A stretch of DNA of 59,534 nucleotides, counting the filler, from Basidiobolus ranarum (lineage: Eukaryota): the NCBI GenBank assembly GCA_040143965.1. It is 5 parts of 5 records of this genome, joined end to end, with 100 filler letters (N's around TTAATTAATTAA, not from the genome) between each part and the next. Parts side by side here need not be neighbours in the genome. Positions count along the whole stretch, not along the records: positions 11,953 to 23,789 come from JASJQH010007459.1; positions 23,890 to 35,708 come from JASJQH010007460.1; 3 more parts are not named here. The stretch is one strand, 5' to 3'. Position numbers and translations under genes: made by a program. Numbering within the stretch: the first letter of the stretch is position 1; each line of letters begins with the position of its first letter. Positions 13,985 through 26,168 of the stretch are shown in pieces. The notes under the pieces are model-generated. The model ran no database searches. It was not told the DNA's origin and saw nothing but the letters and a program-made list of their open reading frames with translations.

Positions 13985-16900
13985 TGATAAAAGTGTTTAA
14001 AGGATTCAGATTTGTGTTGGACAATATTTGTATTTGTGAAATAGATATTTGAATTTTATTGAATTGGATGGGTTCTGTTTCTAGTTTGTATAAATATGAC
14101 TATTGGACATACCTATCTCAAAACAAAAATGCCGGTAGAGCTTGGGTGAAAATAAGTGTTGATTTCAAGAAGTTTTGAGAAAATGGTGAAAATTGCAATA
14201 GTGATATAACTGATATTTCTATCAATTAGAGTGCTAAACACATATTTTGAAAGGCAAAATTGAGTGCTAAAAGAGCTGAATACAAATAAACTAAATACTA
14301 CATAATGAGTTACTATTTATTAATTTTGACATTCCCACTCAACTAATTATTTTGCATTTCTCTCAAACCTAACTTATATCTTAATAATTTAAATTGTGCT
14401 TTAGCTGCAGGTGTGGTTAAGAAGTCAGCAGTTATTTCTTCAGTTTGGCAATAGACATGTTTGATTATATCATTCTCTATTGCTTTTTTAAAAAAATTAT
14501 GCCTGACATCTATTGAACGTAGGTAAATAGCAACTCATTAATAGATAGTTAGTACATTCATATTCTGATTATTTAGCACTCAATGGTGCAATTTGAAAAA
14601 AGTTTGTTTATTGCTTTAGTACCTTGAAATATCAATTCTATCACTTTTACCTTTATCACTATTTTCCCAAAGCTTCTCTTAGTCAGCTCAAATATTCACC
14701 CAGGCATTACAGGCATGTTTGTTATGATCTAAGCATATTCAATAGTCCTATTTTATAGTAAACTACACACAGGACATATTCAATATGACTCAAATGTCTA
14801 ATTCACAAATACAATTCATGTTCAAAGAATTTCCACATCCTCTAAGCACTTTCATCAATAACTCTAAGTTTTGCTCAAGCATGAAATGTAAGGCTTTTAA
14901 CTAATGGAATAAAGGTTAGATTTTCTTAATTTAGTAATAGCATGTTTTTGCATGTATCCTCAGTCTATAAATAACTCCCTTAGCCACATAGCACCTTGAG
15001 TAGCAGGAGAGGCAGCCATGAACTCTGCTTCTGTAGTGGAAGGAGAAATGGTTGATTACTTCTTACTATTTCAAGTTATGGCTCTATTGCTAAAGAAGAA
15101 AGTGTACCCGGTTGTTGATCTCCTGTCATTACGGTTTCTTCCCTGGTCTGTATTACTATAGCCTTCAACATTTTGTGCCTCATGTGTTCCAGAGTATTCC
15201 ATAACTAGATCTACAGTTCCTCTCAAATACATGAATTTTTGTATCACTGCAGTTTTGTGCTCAGATCATGTATTTTTTAAATATTGGCTTACAGTTCCAA
15301 CTGCCACAACAACATGTATATATGTTCTAACCATTGTATGTAGTAAACAAGCAGCTAGGTACTGATGAGGGAACTCCCAGCTTTGAGAAGAGTAATTTTG
15401 GGCCAAATTGGATTCATTTTTGATTAGTTTAACACTGGGATCCATGAATGTTGATACAGGCTTATTATTCTCCATGCCCAATCATTGTAGGATATCTTGG
15501 ATGTATCTAGACTGAATCCACAGGATTTTCTGATTGGGTGTGTCTCTCTTGACTTGGATTTCTTCAGCTTGCTTGAGGCTGAATAGTGATTTTTGCATTT
15601 TACAGACTATAGCAAGGTGTTTTGAAGGATGGCTGAGAATGCCAGGATTGCACTGATGGAGCCAAACTTGGCTAATGGAGCACAAGTTTCATTAAAATCA
15701 ACTCCAGTAGTATGGGAACTTCCTTTTGCAACCAATCTTGCTTTGTACCTTTCTATGGCTCTATCTGCTTGATTTTTGACCCTGTAGATCCATTTGTAAA
15801 CTACTGGCTTTCTCTCAGCTGGAAGAGGAGTTAAAAGCTATATTCTAGTGTCCTGCATAAAGAAGACTTACCGGATATTGCTGTTTCCCCTGAATATAAC
15901 TCTGGACACTCAGAGCTTGATCAAAAGCCTGCAGCTTATGACAGCATGCTTCTGGATGACATACAAGGTCCTGAATGATCATCTGATATAATTGGCCTAG
16001 AATTTTGCTTCAGCTTGGCTCAGATAGAGCTGGAATTGCAGAAGAGACTTTCTGAACAGTACTGATTCTGTTTTTGAGATCCAGAACTGTGCTTTGTGAT
16101 GAAAATATCTCTTTTCATCAAAAATCACCTCCATACTTAATTAAGTTGGGATTTTTGGTAGCAAAGACACTGTAGGCCTGAGATTAATCAAAGTAGCTAA
16201 GAAATATGCACTTACTGCTTATGGGTTCAAAATTGGAGCATTTTTGAGCTGGAATTAGGAAATAAGCTGGGCAACCAAAGTATCTGATAAGATTAACACT
16301 TGGTTTTGATCTGTAATGCGCTTCAAAAGGAGTAGAGTATCCTACTGATCTTGTTGGGCATCTGTTTTTGGTCTAGACTGCAGTGGAGACAGATTCAGCA
16401 CAATATTGGTAATTCAGCTATTAATCTTGTAACATTGATCTTGCCATCTCCACCATGGTTCTATTAAAGCATTCTGCTACTCCATTTTGCTATGGGGTAT
16501 AAGTTGTCAATAGTTGGTTATTTGATTCTATGTTTAGAACAAAAACTAGCAAAGTCTTTAGAGCAGTGTTCTCAACTATAATCGCTCCTTGATACCCTTA
16601 CTTTTTTGCCAATTCCTTCTCTACCATTGCTTGGCAGTACTTGAGTGTAGTTATCATTTCAGATTGTTATTTGAGAAAGAAAACCTAGGTATATCATGCT
16701 CTCTCATCAATAAAAGTCATAAAATCACTTTTGTTTCCTAATGAGATAGCTTCCAAGGTTCCACATGTGTCAGAATGAATTGGGGTAAGCTTTAAGTGGA
16801 CTTGATCTCTCCAGAGCTTGAAGCAGCCGTTTGTGATGTTTTCTGCATATACCACCTTCACACAGATCCCATTGGTGTTAGTATCAGTTTCTAGGCCTGA

Positions 16901-17931
16901 AACAAGCTCATCTCGTATTCATTTAGGTGTGTTTTTGTTTGCAAATGTGGCTTAATCTTCATCACCACAATTTACAGATTGTTTCACCAGTTTTGACAAT
17001 GTTTGCATGCTGTGAATGCAATTTGTTTATTTCTGACTAAAATAAGTTTAATCCCAGCAGCTAATTTGGTATTATTCTGATCTGCAACAGTGCATCCATC
17101 AATGCTGAGGATAATACTTAGTTCTTGAACTGTTGCCTGGCTTGCTGACAGTAGACTTTTGGATGTATTTGGCACATAGAGAATGTCATTCAATTTTGCA
17201 GATGGTGCTGCTGAAATTTGATGTAAGTTGAGCAGAACTGTGCCCGTACTACCTGCAATTAATGCCTCAAGTATTTCCCAGCAGTTTGGACATTTTTGGT
17301 TGACTCTATGTGCCTTAATTGAGAGTCCCTGCAATGTGGACAAAGCACAGGGAGTACATTCCTCTACTTCTTGTGAAAGGCAGGGATAGCTTCTGGTGGT
17401 CCCTTTGGCTGTACATTTTCTGCTGAAGCAAATTCCCAAGGGTCCTTTTCTTCCAGCACCATTTGTATCTTGAACTCCCAAAGGTGAAAGTCTTCACCAT
17501 CAAGACTCACTGTGGATGCAAAAAGTTGATAATTGTACTGGTAGACATTCTTTCAACTGCTAGCTTGGGACTAATGACCTGATAAAAGTACTTAGAGGAT
17601 TTGGAGGTGTTTTGAACATGATTAGGATTTACATATTAGACACCTAAATTTTCTTGAATTGTATAGGTTCTATTTGTAGTGTTCTATGAAGCAGAACTAT
17701 TGGATATACTCGGAGCATAATAAACATGCTTGTAAACCATGGGTGAAAGTTTGGGGTGATATAGAGATGTTTTGAGAAATTGATGAAGATTGCTAATAGT
17801 AATCTAATTGTTATATCTATCAATTAGACTAATGGGCACATATTTGTGCATGGCAGTATAGAGGGCTAAGCAATCAGAATATGAATAAGCTAACCACTAC
17901 ATAATGAGTTCTTTTTTTCCTACTTTCAACG
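13985..17931 (-). mobile_element. Degenerate, internally deleted Ty1/copia element with both LTRs (5' LTR 17580-17931, 3' LTR 13985-14331)
   Basis: Integrase (IHSDTCG, QNGVAECFNRTMVEMARSML), RT (KWIYRVK...IERYKARLVAKG) and RNase H (STTEAEFMAA) remnants in copia order. PBS-like GGTCATTAGTCCCAAG after the 5' LTR, PPT GTTGAGTGGGAA, degenerate 5-bp TSD AAAAA/AACAC. Confidence 0.88.
14511..14857 (+). mobile_element. Solo LTR (family A) inserted in opposite orientation inside the copia RNase H
   Basis: Similar to 12378-12727. It interrupts the KHID-equivalent motif; flanks ACATC/ATAAC (3 of 5 match). Confidence 0.82.
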
Positions 17932-18161
17932 AACACTTGGATTTTTCAAACATTGTTGGAAATGAAATAATATATGGTAGATATAAGGAGCAATATTTCA
18001 CCATGTGTGATCACTGTCATAAAGCCATTAAGAAGTAACTGTCTCACCATTGGGATGTTTGGCAGAATACAAGCCACCAATATTGTGATGATTCTCTGAT
18101 GGTCTTGGGCTTCTAAATGGTGGATCCAATCCAGATTAAATTAACTTAATTTAGGCTAGGG

Positions 18162-20250
18162 AAATCCAGGAGGCTGGACCATATCAATCTCTCCTTTTAA
18201 GTAAACATACAGAAATGCTATCTTTACATCCATTTGACAAATCTCCCAGTCTTCTTGAGCTGCTAATGCTAGTATAAATCCAAAGGTGATATAACTAATA
18301 ACAGGAGTATAAGTCACAATAAAGTCATTTACCACAACTCATTATTATCCTTTAGAAGCAACTCTTACTTTGTATTGGTTGATAGTTCAATTGTTGTTTC
18401 TCATAATCTTGAAGACCAATCTGCATCGAACAGCATTTTGCCCCGCATGCAAATTCACCCATTCCAATTTCCATTTGATATTTTCATATTGTATTTGTCA
18501 TTAGTAGCCTTCTTATGATAAGATAACAAAGCACTATATATGTCTAGATTGGGGCTTAGGCAATGCTTACTTCAACACTAATTACCACAAAATATGCATA
18601 TCTTACTTTTGGATCAATTTACACCAATTTTTGGTCATAATTTTGACATAAGCAATGCATCCAATGACCCTTAAATGTTTTATGTCAGGTTGAATTCCAA
18701 ACCAAGCTTGATATGGTATAGAATTAGACAGACCTTTAGCAAAACTCCTATTCTTCAGATATACAGCTGTAGCAAAAGCTTTCTCCCAAAAGTTATGATA
18801 TATATTTGGGGCATTCATCATAAATATGGCCATTTTCATTTTAGTCCTGTTGGCTCTTTGAACAACTCAATTTTAGTGAGATGAATAAGGAGTGGGAGTG
18901 TCTTTCTTAATTTCATGAACTTTGCTCAAGTGATGTTGAAGTATATTCTCTACTTTTATCATGTGAATTTTTTTGATTTTAGTTCTAATGTCAGTCTCCC
19001 CAAGTGTGTTGAAATCTCTAAATATAGAGCTTAAACCAGAGCTCTTGAGCTTGGCTGGCTTGTTTTCAATATATTCAACCCTCACAAATTTCTATTTTAG
19101 TTGTATAGTTGAGTTAAATTCCAGAAAACAGGTGATTTTCAATCATTTTGCTCAAATAACCAAATTCAATGTGGCCAAATCTCTGATGCTATGATTGAAT
19201 AGCTTCTTGATTAGAATAACATATAGTTACACATTGGGCTCTTTGTACTTATGTAAGCTTGAATAAGTTTTGATCTGTTTCTCCCCAATTTAAATAGTTC
19301 CCATTTTGATCAGTGATGATGCATCCTGACTTATCAAAATTGATATTTTGCCCTTCTGAGGTGGATTTCCATACATATATTAAGTTCTTGGCAATATCTG
19401 GAACATATAGTATATCTTTAAAAGTATCCACTTTGTCTTCAGAACCTCCAGTTAGATTGAGTTAAATTAATCTCCTTCCAATGGCATTCAATGCGCAATC
19501 ATTTGCAATGAAAACCATTCAAATTGAGATTTCAACATAACTGACAAAACAGTGTTTTTCATTTGTCATATGTTGGGAGGCTTCAGAATCAATATACAAT
19601 CTGGGAATCCTGGTTGGTAGTCATAGATAGAGCAGATATGTACAAGTGATCTCCTATTGTAACCACATTTCCACATTCACTACTTTTTTCTTTTGTAATT
19701 CTTTTGAAGCAACCTATGATGTGAACAAGTGATCTTCCATTTTAACAACATTTCCAGATTCATCACTTTTTTCTTCTCTAGCAATTCTTGTGAAGCAATC
19801 TTGGCTCAAATGGCCAGTTCTTTACAGTAATTTCAGGATGTGTTACCATTATTCTTAATATGCTTTTGACATTTATAGGAAGGTTTCCCATAGCCCATTA
19901 ATGCATTTTCTTCATTTGTTTGATTGGATCCTAATTTGTGTAAATCTTAATCAAGAAGTCTGTATGTACATAATTTGGGATCAAATTTTAGTTCTTGACT
20001 TTTAGAGCCAAAAACTAGGCTCTGAAACTCATGTGGCAGGCTATTCAGGACTATGACTTTAATATCTTGGTACTCGATTGCATTCCAATTCACCTACTAA
20101 AATGGTGGCTCAACTAATTAGTGATTTAATGACTTCTCCTGGCTCAATCTTTAACTTAAATAATTACCTTCCTAGTAACATCTTGTTGGTAGCAGAACAA
20201 GCTTAGTAGGTGTCATCTAAAGCTTTCCATATATTCTTAGAGTCCAAGGT
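18162..20250 (-). mobile_element. Degenerate Ty1/copia internal region (gag, protease, integrase, partial RT)
   Basis: gag-like NIWKAL and IVLNSLPHEFQSL, protease YIDSEASQHMT, DILYVPDIAKNLI, FWEKAFATAVYLKNRS...PYQAWFG, and RT LKGEIDMVQPPGF. Confidence 0.88.
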
Positions 20251-21106
20251 ATATTAACCTTCCAACAAAGTGCTCTTTTCAATCTGATCATGGGTTTTTG
20301 CATTGTTGGAGCACAATAACAGCAACTAAGCCAAATCCATTGACATAGAGTAAGTACCTCTATAATTTGGAATAATTTGTCTGTGTGATTATCTTAAGGT
20401 ATTTCTAGGTAAGCTGCAAGACAGACCTTTTAGTGAGATAGATTGATATACTTAGTATTAATGTTTTAGCCATAGCGTAATCTTTTCAAGCAATCACACA
20501 TCTACTTGTGGCAGGACATTTGTTGACTGCAAGTTGGGGATATATTGGCTGAGTTCTTTACGGAAATTTGCCAAAATCCAAGAGGTCATTCTCATTTCAA
20601 ATGGTAACAAGAGTCAGATATTTGTCAAGTGTCAGTGCAATTCAAAATTTCAGATCTTTAGCACTTTTTCCACCATTAGTTTGCTGGTTAAGCGTATTGA
20701 TGTTGTTGAGTTAGGCCTGAGCAGTCAAGTGTGTGCATATGTTGAGACTAACCTTAACAAGATTCTTGTATTTTTTGATTCTGATTATTTGCTGGCATAC
20801 TAAGCCAGAACTATCTAAGTAAAGCCATGCATATTAATCTGAATTCCTACGGCAGTAAACCCAGTAAGTTGCCATTGGAAAATTAGATTTTTGCTAAAAT
20901 TGCTGGAAATTAAATAATGCTTGCAAAATATGAGGATCATTGTCTTGATATGTATGAATACCATCAAGATATCATCAAAAAGCCACTATCACACCATACA
21001 AATCCCTGGCAGAATGCAAGCCACCAATATTGTGATGGTTCTTGGGTGGTTAGTAATTCATAAGGGTGGATTCAATCCAGATCAAGTTAATTTATTCTTG
21101 TCAGGG
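20250..21106 (+). mobile_element. Copy C of the CCC/GGG-terminated repeat (probable CACTA 3' end)
   Basis: Homologous to copies A and B; contains ORF 20534-20803; ends ...TTCTTGTCAGGG at 21106. Confidence 0.65.
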
Positions 21107-22391
21107 AGCATAGTGCCCGATGGGGAGCTCTGGTGCCAGCTGATCCCCTTTAGCAATATAATCCTAGGCTTAAGTTTCACCAATACAATGATATTATCTT
21201 TAATAAACCCATCTGAACCCCATTGGAGGACCATTGATAAACTGCAATCAAAGGCTTGAAGAGGCTATCTATAAGCACTGGTGATTTGGGTTCAGATATG
21301 ATGGATAGTATCAAAAATTATGACTCTTATACCATGCAGCAGGAGGAAAATTGAAGTTAATTAAATTATTGGCCAGCAAGCGTTTCTGATGGTATATTTG
21401 TTTAGTCAGAAACCATCTAGAGCCAATGCAAATGCATGATCATACATGTTCTCAAACAAACCTTGACTTTTCAATTCTGGTAGGGATATCCATCAAGTAT
21501 AATGGTGATACCATCAGCTTTATGGTGAGTACTTTGGTATTGGATCAATGATCTATATTTGGGTGATTTCATCAAACTTTAAGATGAGGCATCAATGGTA
21601 TGTAGGCCAAATATGAACACTATCTACCTGATTTAGTGATTGACATTTGTGTGCAAACAGTATATAACTTCAAGTTTTTCAGATAACTGGTGAAAGCCAA
21701 AAACCATTTGGACATGAAAGTTGTTTAATTACTGAAGGATTCTTAGTCATATGCTTGACCAAAGTTTTCTACTTGTATCAGGTCTGTGGCAAGCAACAGT
21801 TGCCAATCAACTATGGTAAAAGTGTAAGAAAACCAATAAACACCTGATTGCTTAGGTTGGATTGAACTCTCCACTCTTCAATAATGAAAGCTGCTGCCTT
21901 ATAGTAAGTGTGATAAGTGGACTGATGCTTCCCAATATCATAGAGTCTGTAACAAAACTGTTGGCTTATTCCTCAACTTCTAATATATTACCATTGGTTC
22001 TGGAATAACCAAAGTCAACATCAAGCAACAAGTCCTCAAAGTTGTCTGGACTTACTGGTTAAACCAAAGTTGCATTTCTATCTACATCATACTGGTCATA
22101 TAACTGTGGTAACTCCATGGTATCTTGACTTTTGGCAGTGTTGCCAAAACTTTGAGGCAAAGTACAGTCAGTGGACTCAGTGGGCAAAACTAAAGTCAAT
22201 TTTGTGTACTTATTACCATTGATATTCACCAGGCTTTGTGGAGCTGGTGGCTTTATACAGTGACCATGTTTGTGATTATTTTTTCTATGAAGCCTGCAGC
22301 TTTCATAGCACAAATATTGGTGACAATGATAGCACAGCTTCTTTAAATGCCTGTGTTGTGGTATAAGAAGAATATTGTAGAAAAACAACAC
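21107..22391 (-). pseudogene. CACTA/EnSpm (Transposase_21/Tnp2-type) transposase pseudogene
   Basis: Frameshift-corrected translation ELKSQGLFENMYDHAFALALDGF...CWPII..NFNFPPAAWYK..N.LILSIISEPKSPVLIDSLFKPLI...GV...KGDQLA matches the Tnp2 core. An N-terminal CYHC..C..H cluster is present. Many stops. Confidence 0.82.
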
Positions 22392-22610
22392 CTCCTATGT
22401 AAGGGTGGTATCTTAGGTATATCCCACCAATATCATCTGCTAATTCTGAGATGAAGTCAAAGTGAGTCATCAGGGGATTTACAAGATATTTGCAGTAATG
22501 GATGGCAATTTTGGTTTATTAAAAGCAGTTTCTAAGCAATTTCATTACACTGGGCTTACCATCTGAAAAGTTCAATACCATTCAAAAAGCATTCTAAATC
22601 TAAATCAAAA

Positions 22611-23789
22611 TTGGTTTCCAAGCCAAAGCCTGCTGGCACAAAAGGAAAAAAACAAGCAAGAACAGAGGACTTAATTAATGAGCAGTCTAGTGATCCACTA
22701 TCCCCTTTGGAAGGCATTAATATGATGGAAAATAACTCAAGTAAAGATGCAGCAATAATCAAATTACCAGATGTGTATCTTTCCAGCAATAGTGCAATGA
22801 AGAGATTGGAATCCCCCAATTGAGTAGCAAATCAATAGTTGAGCAAAGTTCAACCAAAACACTGTTAAGACCATCAACTTCCAAAATGGTTACTTTGCCC
22901 ACTATTGAACAATCCTCTGTAGAGTATTTGGACAGAAATATTACAACCAGGGAATTGCAGGCAGAGTACCATAATGATTAGTATACAATCATAGGTAAAA
23001 ACTAAAACGTTGCTACACAGGCCATGACAAGCAATAACACCACAATATTACAATTAATGCAGCATTTGGAAGCAACTAGCCACCAGTTAGAGAGTCACTC
23101 AACAATGATAAAAGAACTATAGCAATATGCTACTCCCTTCATCCATTCTCATATGGGATTACAATTGATCCCACACCATACATATGAACATCACTATGAC
23201 AATCTAGCAGAGCAGAATATGTGTTGGACCCTTAAGCCTACACATCAACCCTTGATTGCTTGGGCACATGAAAGTAGAAATTTTTTTGGAAAACCACCAA
23301 ACCAGAAGACTCTGAATGTCAGAGCTGCCATACTTGCTCTGATGATGTGCAGTTTAACATTTTGGAAACTGTGCAGAATCTTGCCCAAAATCACCTGGAT
23401 TTGAGCCAATTGTTGAAAAACCAAAAACCAGGCATTACTCTGAAGGTTCTAGACTTATTTCATGAGGCTTTTCCTGGATTTTTGCAAGCTAATTGCAATT
23501 AGGCTAGTATAGGCCTATTCATGAAACATCTCAAAAATGTAGGCAATTATATACTTGGAAAAGGAAGAAAAGCAGCTAAAGAAGCACTCAAGGAGCATGA
23601 AGTTAGTAAACCCTAGGGAAAGGCAAAGGAGCCAGTGAGTTTAGGCTCTACTGTCCCACTTACCAAAATCTTCACACCATTACAAATATCTGCATTTCCA
23701 GAATTAGATATATTGGCAAAAAAGCTTAATGTCACCATGGAACCAGGTACACCAGTTGGAAGAGTGTTAAATTTGGAAGTTTATCCAAC
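22611..23789 (+). pseudogene. Degraded ORF divergent from the CACTA transposase; possible element accessory gene
   Basis: Interrupted protein-like frames (MVSKPKPAGTKGKK..., EAFPGFLQANCN*ASIGLFMKHLKN...). CpG-depleted like the adjacent TE DNA; cut by the contig end. Confidence 0.4.
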
Positions 23790-23889
23790 NNNNNNNNNNN
23801 NNNNNNNNNNNNNNNNNNNNNNNNNNNNNNNNNTTAATTAATTAANNNNNNNNNNNNNNNNNNNNNNNNNNNNNNNNNNNNNNNNNNNN
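23790..23889. other. Artificial contig spacer 2
   Basis: N44-TTAATTAATTAA-N44. Confidence 0.97.
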
Positions 23890-24425
23890 AAAAGCAAATA
23901 TATAGATATTGAACATCACTTCATTAGAGAGACTATAGAGAATAAGTCTATTGACTTGACTTATTATTCTATAGAAGACATGATTGCTGGTATAATAACC
24001 AAACCATTAGCTAGACAGAAATTTGGGAAATTTAGACCTTTCTTATGATTAGTTTATATTACTACTTAGTTGATGGAGAGTGTTGAAATTAGCATTGCCT
24101 AAACACCTATATAGCCATATATAGCTTAGTACTTAACTATCTTATAATTCACCAAGATATTATCCATTATTCTCAATCATAAGTATTTCAGAGTATTTTT
24201 ACAAACTTAGTTCTCAGATATATAGATTTTTCAAACTTGTGCTAGAAGCCCCAAGCTTTGCATACATGTTCCTGAGACCTTCTTTAACATATTCTACATG
24301 TGAGTTTGTTTATGTCTTGACAAAACTATAAATGTCAACTTTCTACTCAGTAAATCAATAAGTGATAACCATCAATTTCTCTAATTCTCTAAGCAACTTC
24401 GAACAGGCTCCCAAATACTTAAACA
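23890..24425 (+). mobile_element. Ty1/copia 3' end: RNase H tail, PPT and LTR (family B, 24081-24425)
   Basis: KSKYIDIEHHFIRE...MIAGIITKPL; PPT GTTGATGGAGAG, then TGTTG...AAACA. The LTR matches 29186-29498 and 56652-56999. Confidence 0.9.
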
Positions 24426-24830
24426 TATTCTTGCCACTCAAGTCACAGGCACATCCTATATTCAAAGCAACAGGATGACAACAGACTATATATATATTTA
24501 AACACTTTACGAGAATACCATAAGTAGGTATTTTGTTGTTTTAAAAAGGAATTAATATAGAAACAGTTGAATATTCAGGATAGTAAGATGAATATTCCAA
24601 AATTTCATAGAACCAAAGTAACTAAATTAAATGAATGGTTGTAATCACATGGGTTAATTCGTCTGTTAATACTTATCTATACATTACCACTTCATTACAT
24701 CATGGTATATGTGACGTACAGTATTCATTTGATATTCAGTTTCAGAGATTTGAGGAGTAGCTGATTACTCTTGATATAATGGTGGTTATTCAATTAAAAA
24801 GATCATCCGCATGCATGACTTTGCTATAAT

Positions 24831-24947
24831 CATTCATGATGGAGAAATAAAAGACTCTACGTGTTACATTCATGATGGAGAAATAAAAGACTCTACGTGT
24901 TACATTCATGATGGAGAAATAAAAGACTCTACGTGTTACATTCATGA
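24831..24947. repeat. Perfect 36-bp tandem repeat, 3 copies plus 9 bp
   Basis: Unit CATTCATGATGGAGAAATAAAAGACTCTACGTGTTA, with no spacers between units. Confidence 0.95.
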
Positions 24948-25175
24948 AATGTTTTAACTAAAGTTCATCACTGGCATTCATTATCTAATGATGGAAATGG
25001 AGATTATTTCGAGATTTATTTATGAATGATTATTGAAATAGATGTGTAATAAATCATATGAGAAACTGATGAAAGGAATCTAATGATGAATGGTATGAAG
25101 AGACGTAAATAGATACTGAGATGTATATTTAATGGGAATGAAGAATGGGAATCACAAATGGAAATGATCTCTCCG

Positions 25176-25643
25176 TTATGGACATACAGGTCCGGAATAA
25201 CGACCTGGGAGGGTGGCGAATCCTTGGGTCCAGTAGTAGCCAGGTTGACCTAGTGCAACTCCCATATGAGTAAACTTCGGGTTCAATATGTTCCTACGAT
25301 GTGGTGGTGAATTCATCCAAACATCCAACACCTCTTCCTCTGTAGATTGTCCACGTGCCACATTCTCCCCATACTGTTGCCATTGTAAACCGTGTTCTTT
25401 AATAGCTTTATCCATGGGAGAATGATCATATCTATCATGAGTCATACTTTGATATTCTGCTTGCATCACTGAATGTCTGTTACATACTAAGTTTAATTCT
25501 TCACTTAGTACTAACGCTCTCATGGATCTGGACACTCTTTCCTTGTTGACGAGACAAATTAAACGTTCAGGAGAGAAAGCATGGATCGTAATGGTGTAAA
25601 TGAAAAGTACCAAAGTGAAGGTGAAGATGGTTGAAAAGTGCAT
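25176..25643 (-). CDS. Secreted CAP/SCP (PR-1-like) protein
   Basis: Signal peptide; LVNKER, HS..Q...MTH, YGENVARGQ, WMNSPPHRRNIL and YWTQGF motifs; intronless. Confidence 0.92.
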   Translation of the reverse strand: MHFSTIFTFTLVLFIYTITIHAFSPERLICLVNKERVSRSMRALVLSEELNLVCNRHSVMQAEYQSMTHDRYDHSPMDKAIKEHGLQWQQYGENVARGQSTEEEVLDVWMNSPPHRRNILNPKFTHMGVALGQPGYYWTQGFATLPGRYSGPVCP

Positions 25644-26168
25644 GTTGAATTATGTATATCTTTCATACTTACATCTATCTATATATACCCTTTACCTTAC
25701 TTCATCTCCTCCTCTTCTTCCGTTTGGATTAATCCAATTTACATGGATTCTGTAACTGAAATTGATCTTCCGCTTAAATTGCGCTTGCCATGTGATATTC
25801 TGATCATTCTCCCCCTGGATCTACTGCTTTTATACTTGCATTACATACCTACACCTTTTGAAATCAATCAATTGGTAGTGGCAGTAACTAAGGAAGTTCC
25901 ATGTTTAATCTATCGCTCATTGGTCGAATAGGCCAATCATAAGGATTCTGCGTGGATTAAATAAAGCCATATTTTATCAGAAAAGATATAAATTACGAAG
26001 AGAAATATTTATTCCGGTTATGTATTAGGTTAAGATATATATACATCAAGTGGTACAGGAATGACTAGGACTCTATGTCTATGTTACTCCGGTTAGAGAG
26101 ATGCTCCTAGCACTGAACGCTTTTTACATGGGATATTCATGACCACTGGTAATGAGAGTACTTCAGTA

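Larger units (their letters stand above)
13360..18161 (+). mobile_element. Copy B of the same repeat, split by a copia insertion (halves 13360-13984 and 17932-18161)
   Basis: The halves join into the copy A/C consensus (TTC-AAAAA-TTAGATTTTT). The terminus ...GGCTAGGG at 18161 abuts copia RT sequence. Confidence 0.65.

Noticed and set aside
24831-24947. 36-bp repeats as a CRISPR array
   Set aside because: The units are directly adjacent with no spacers, there are no cas genes, and the context is eukaryotic.
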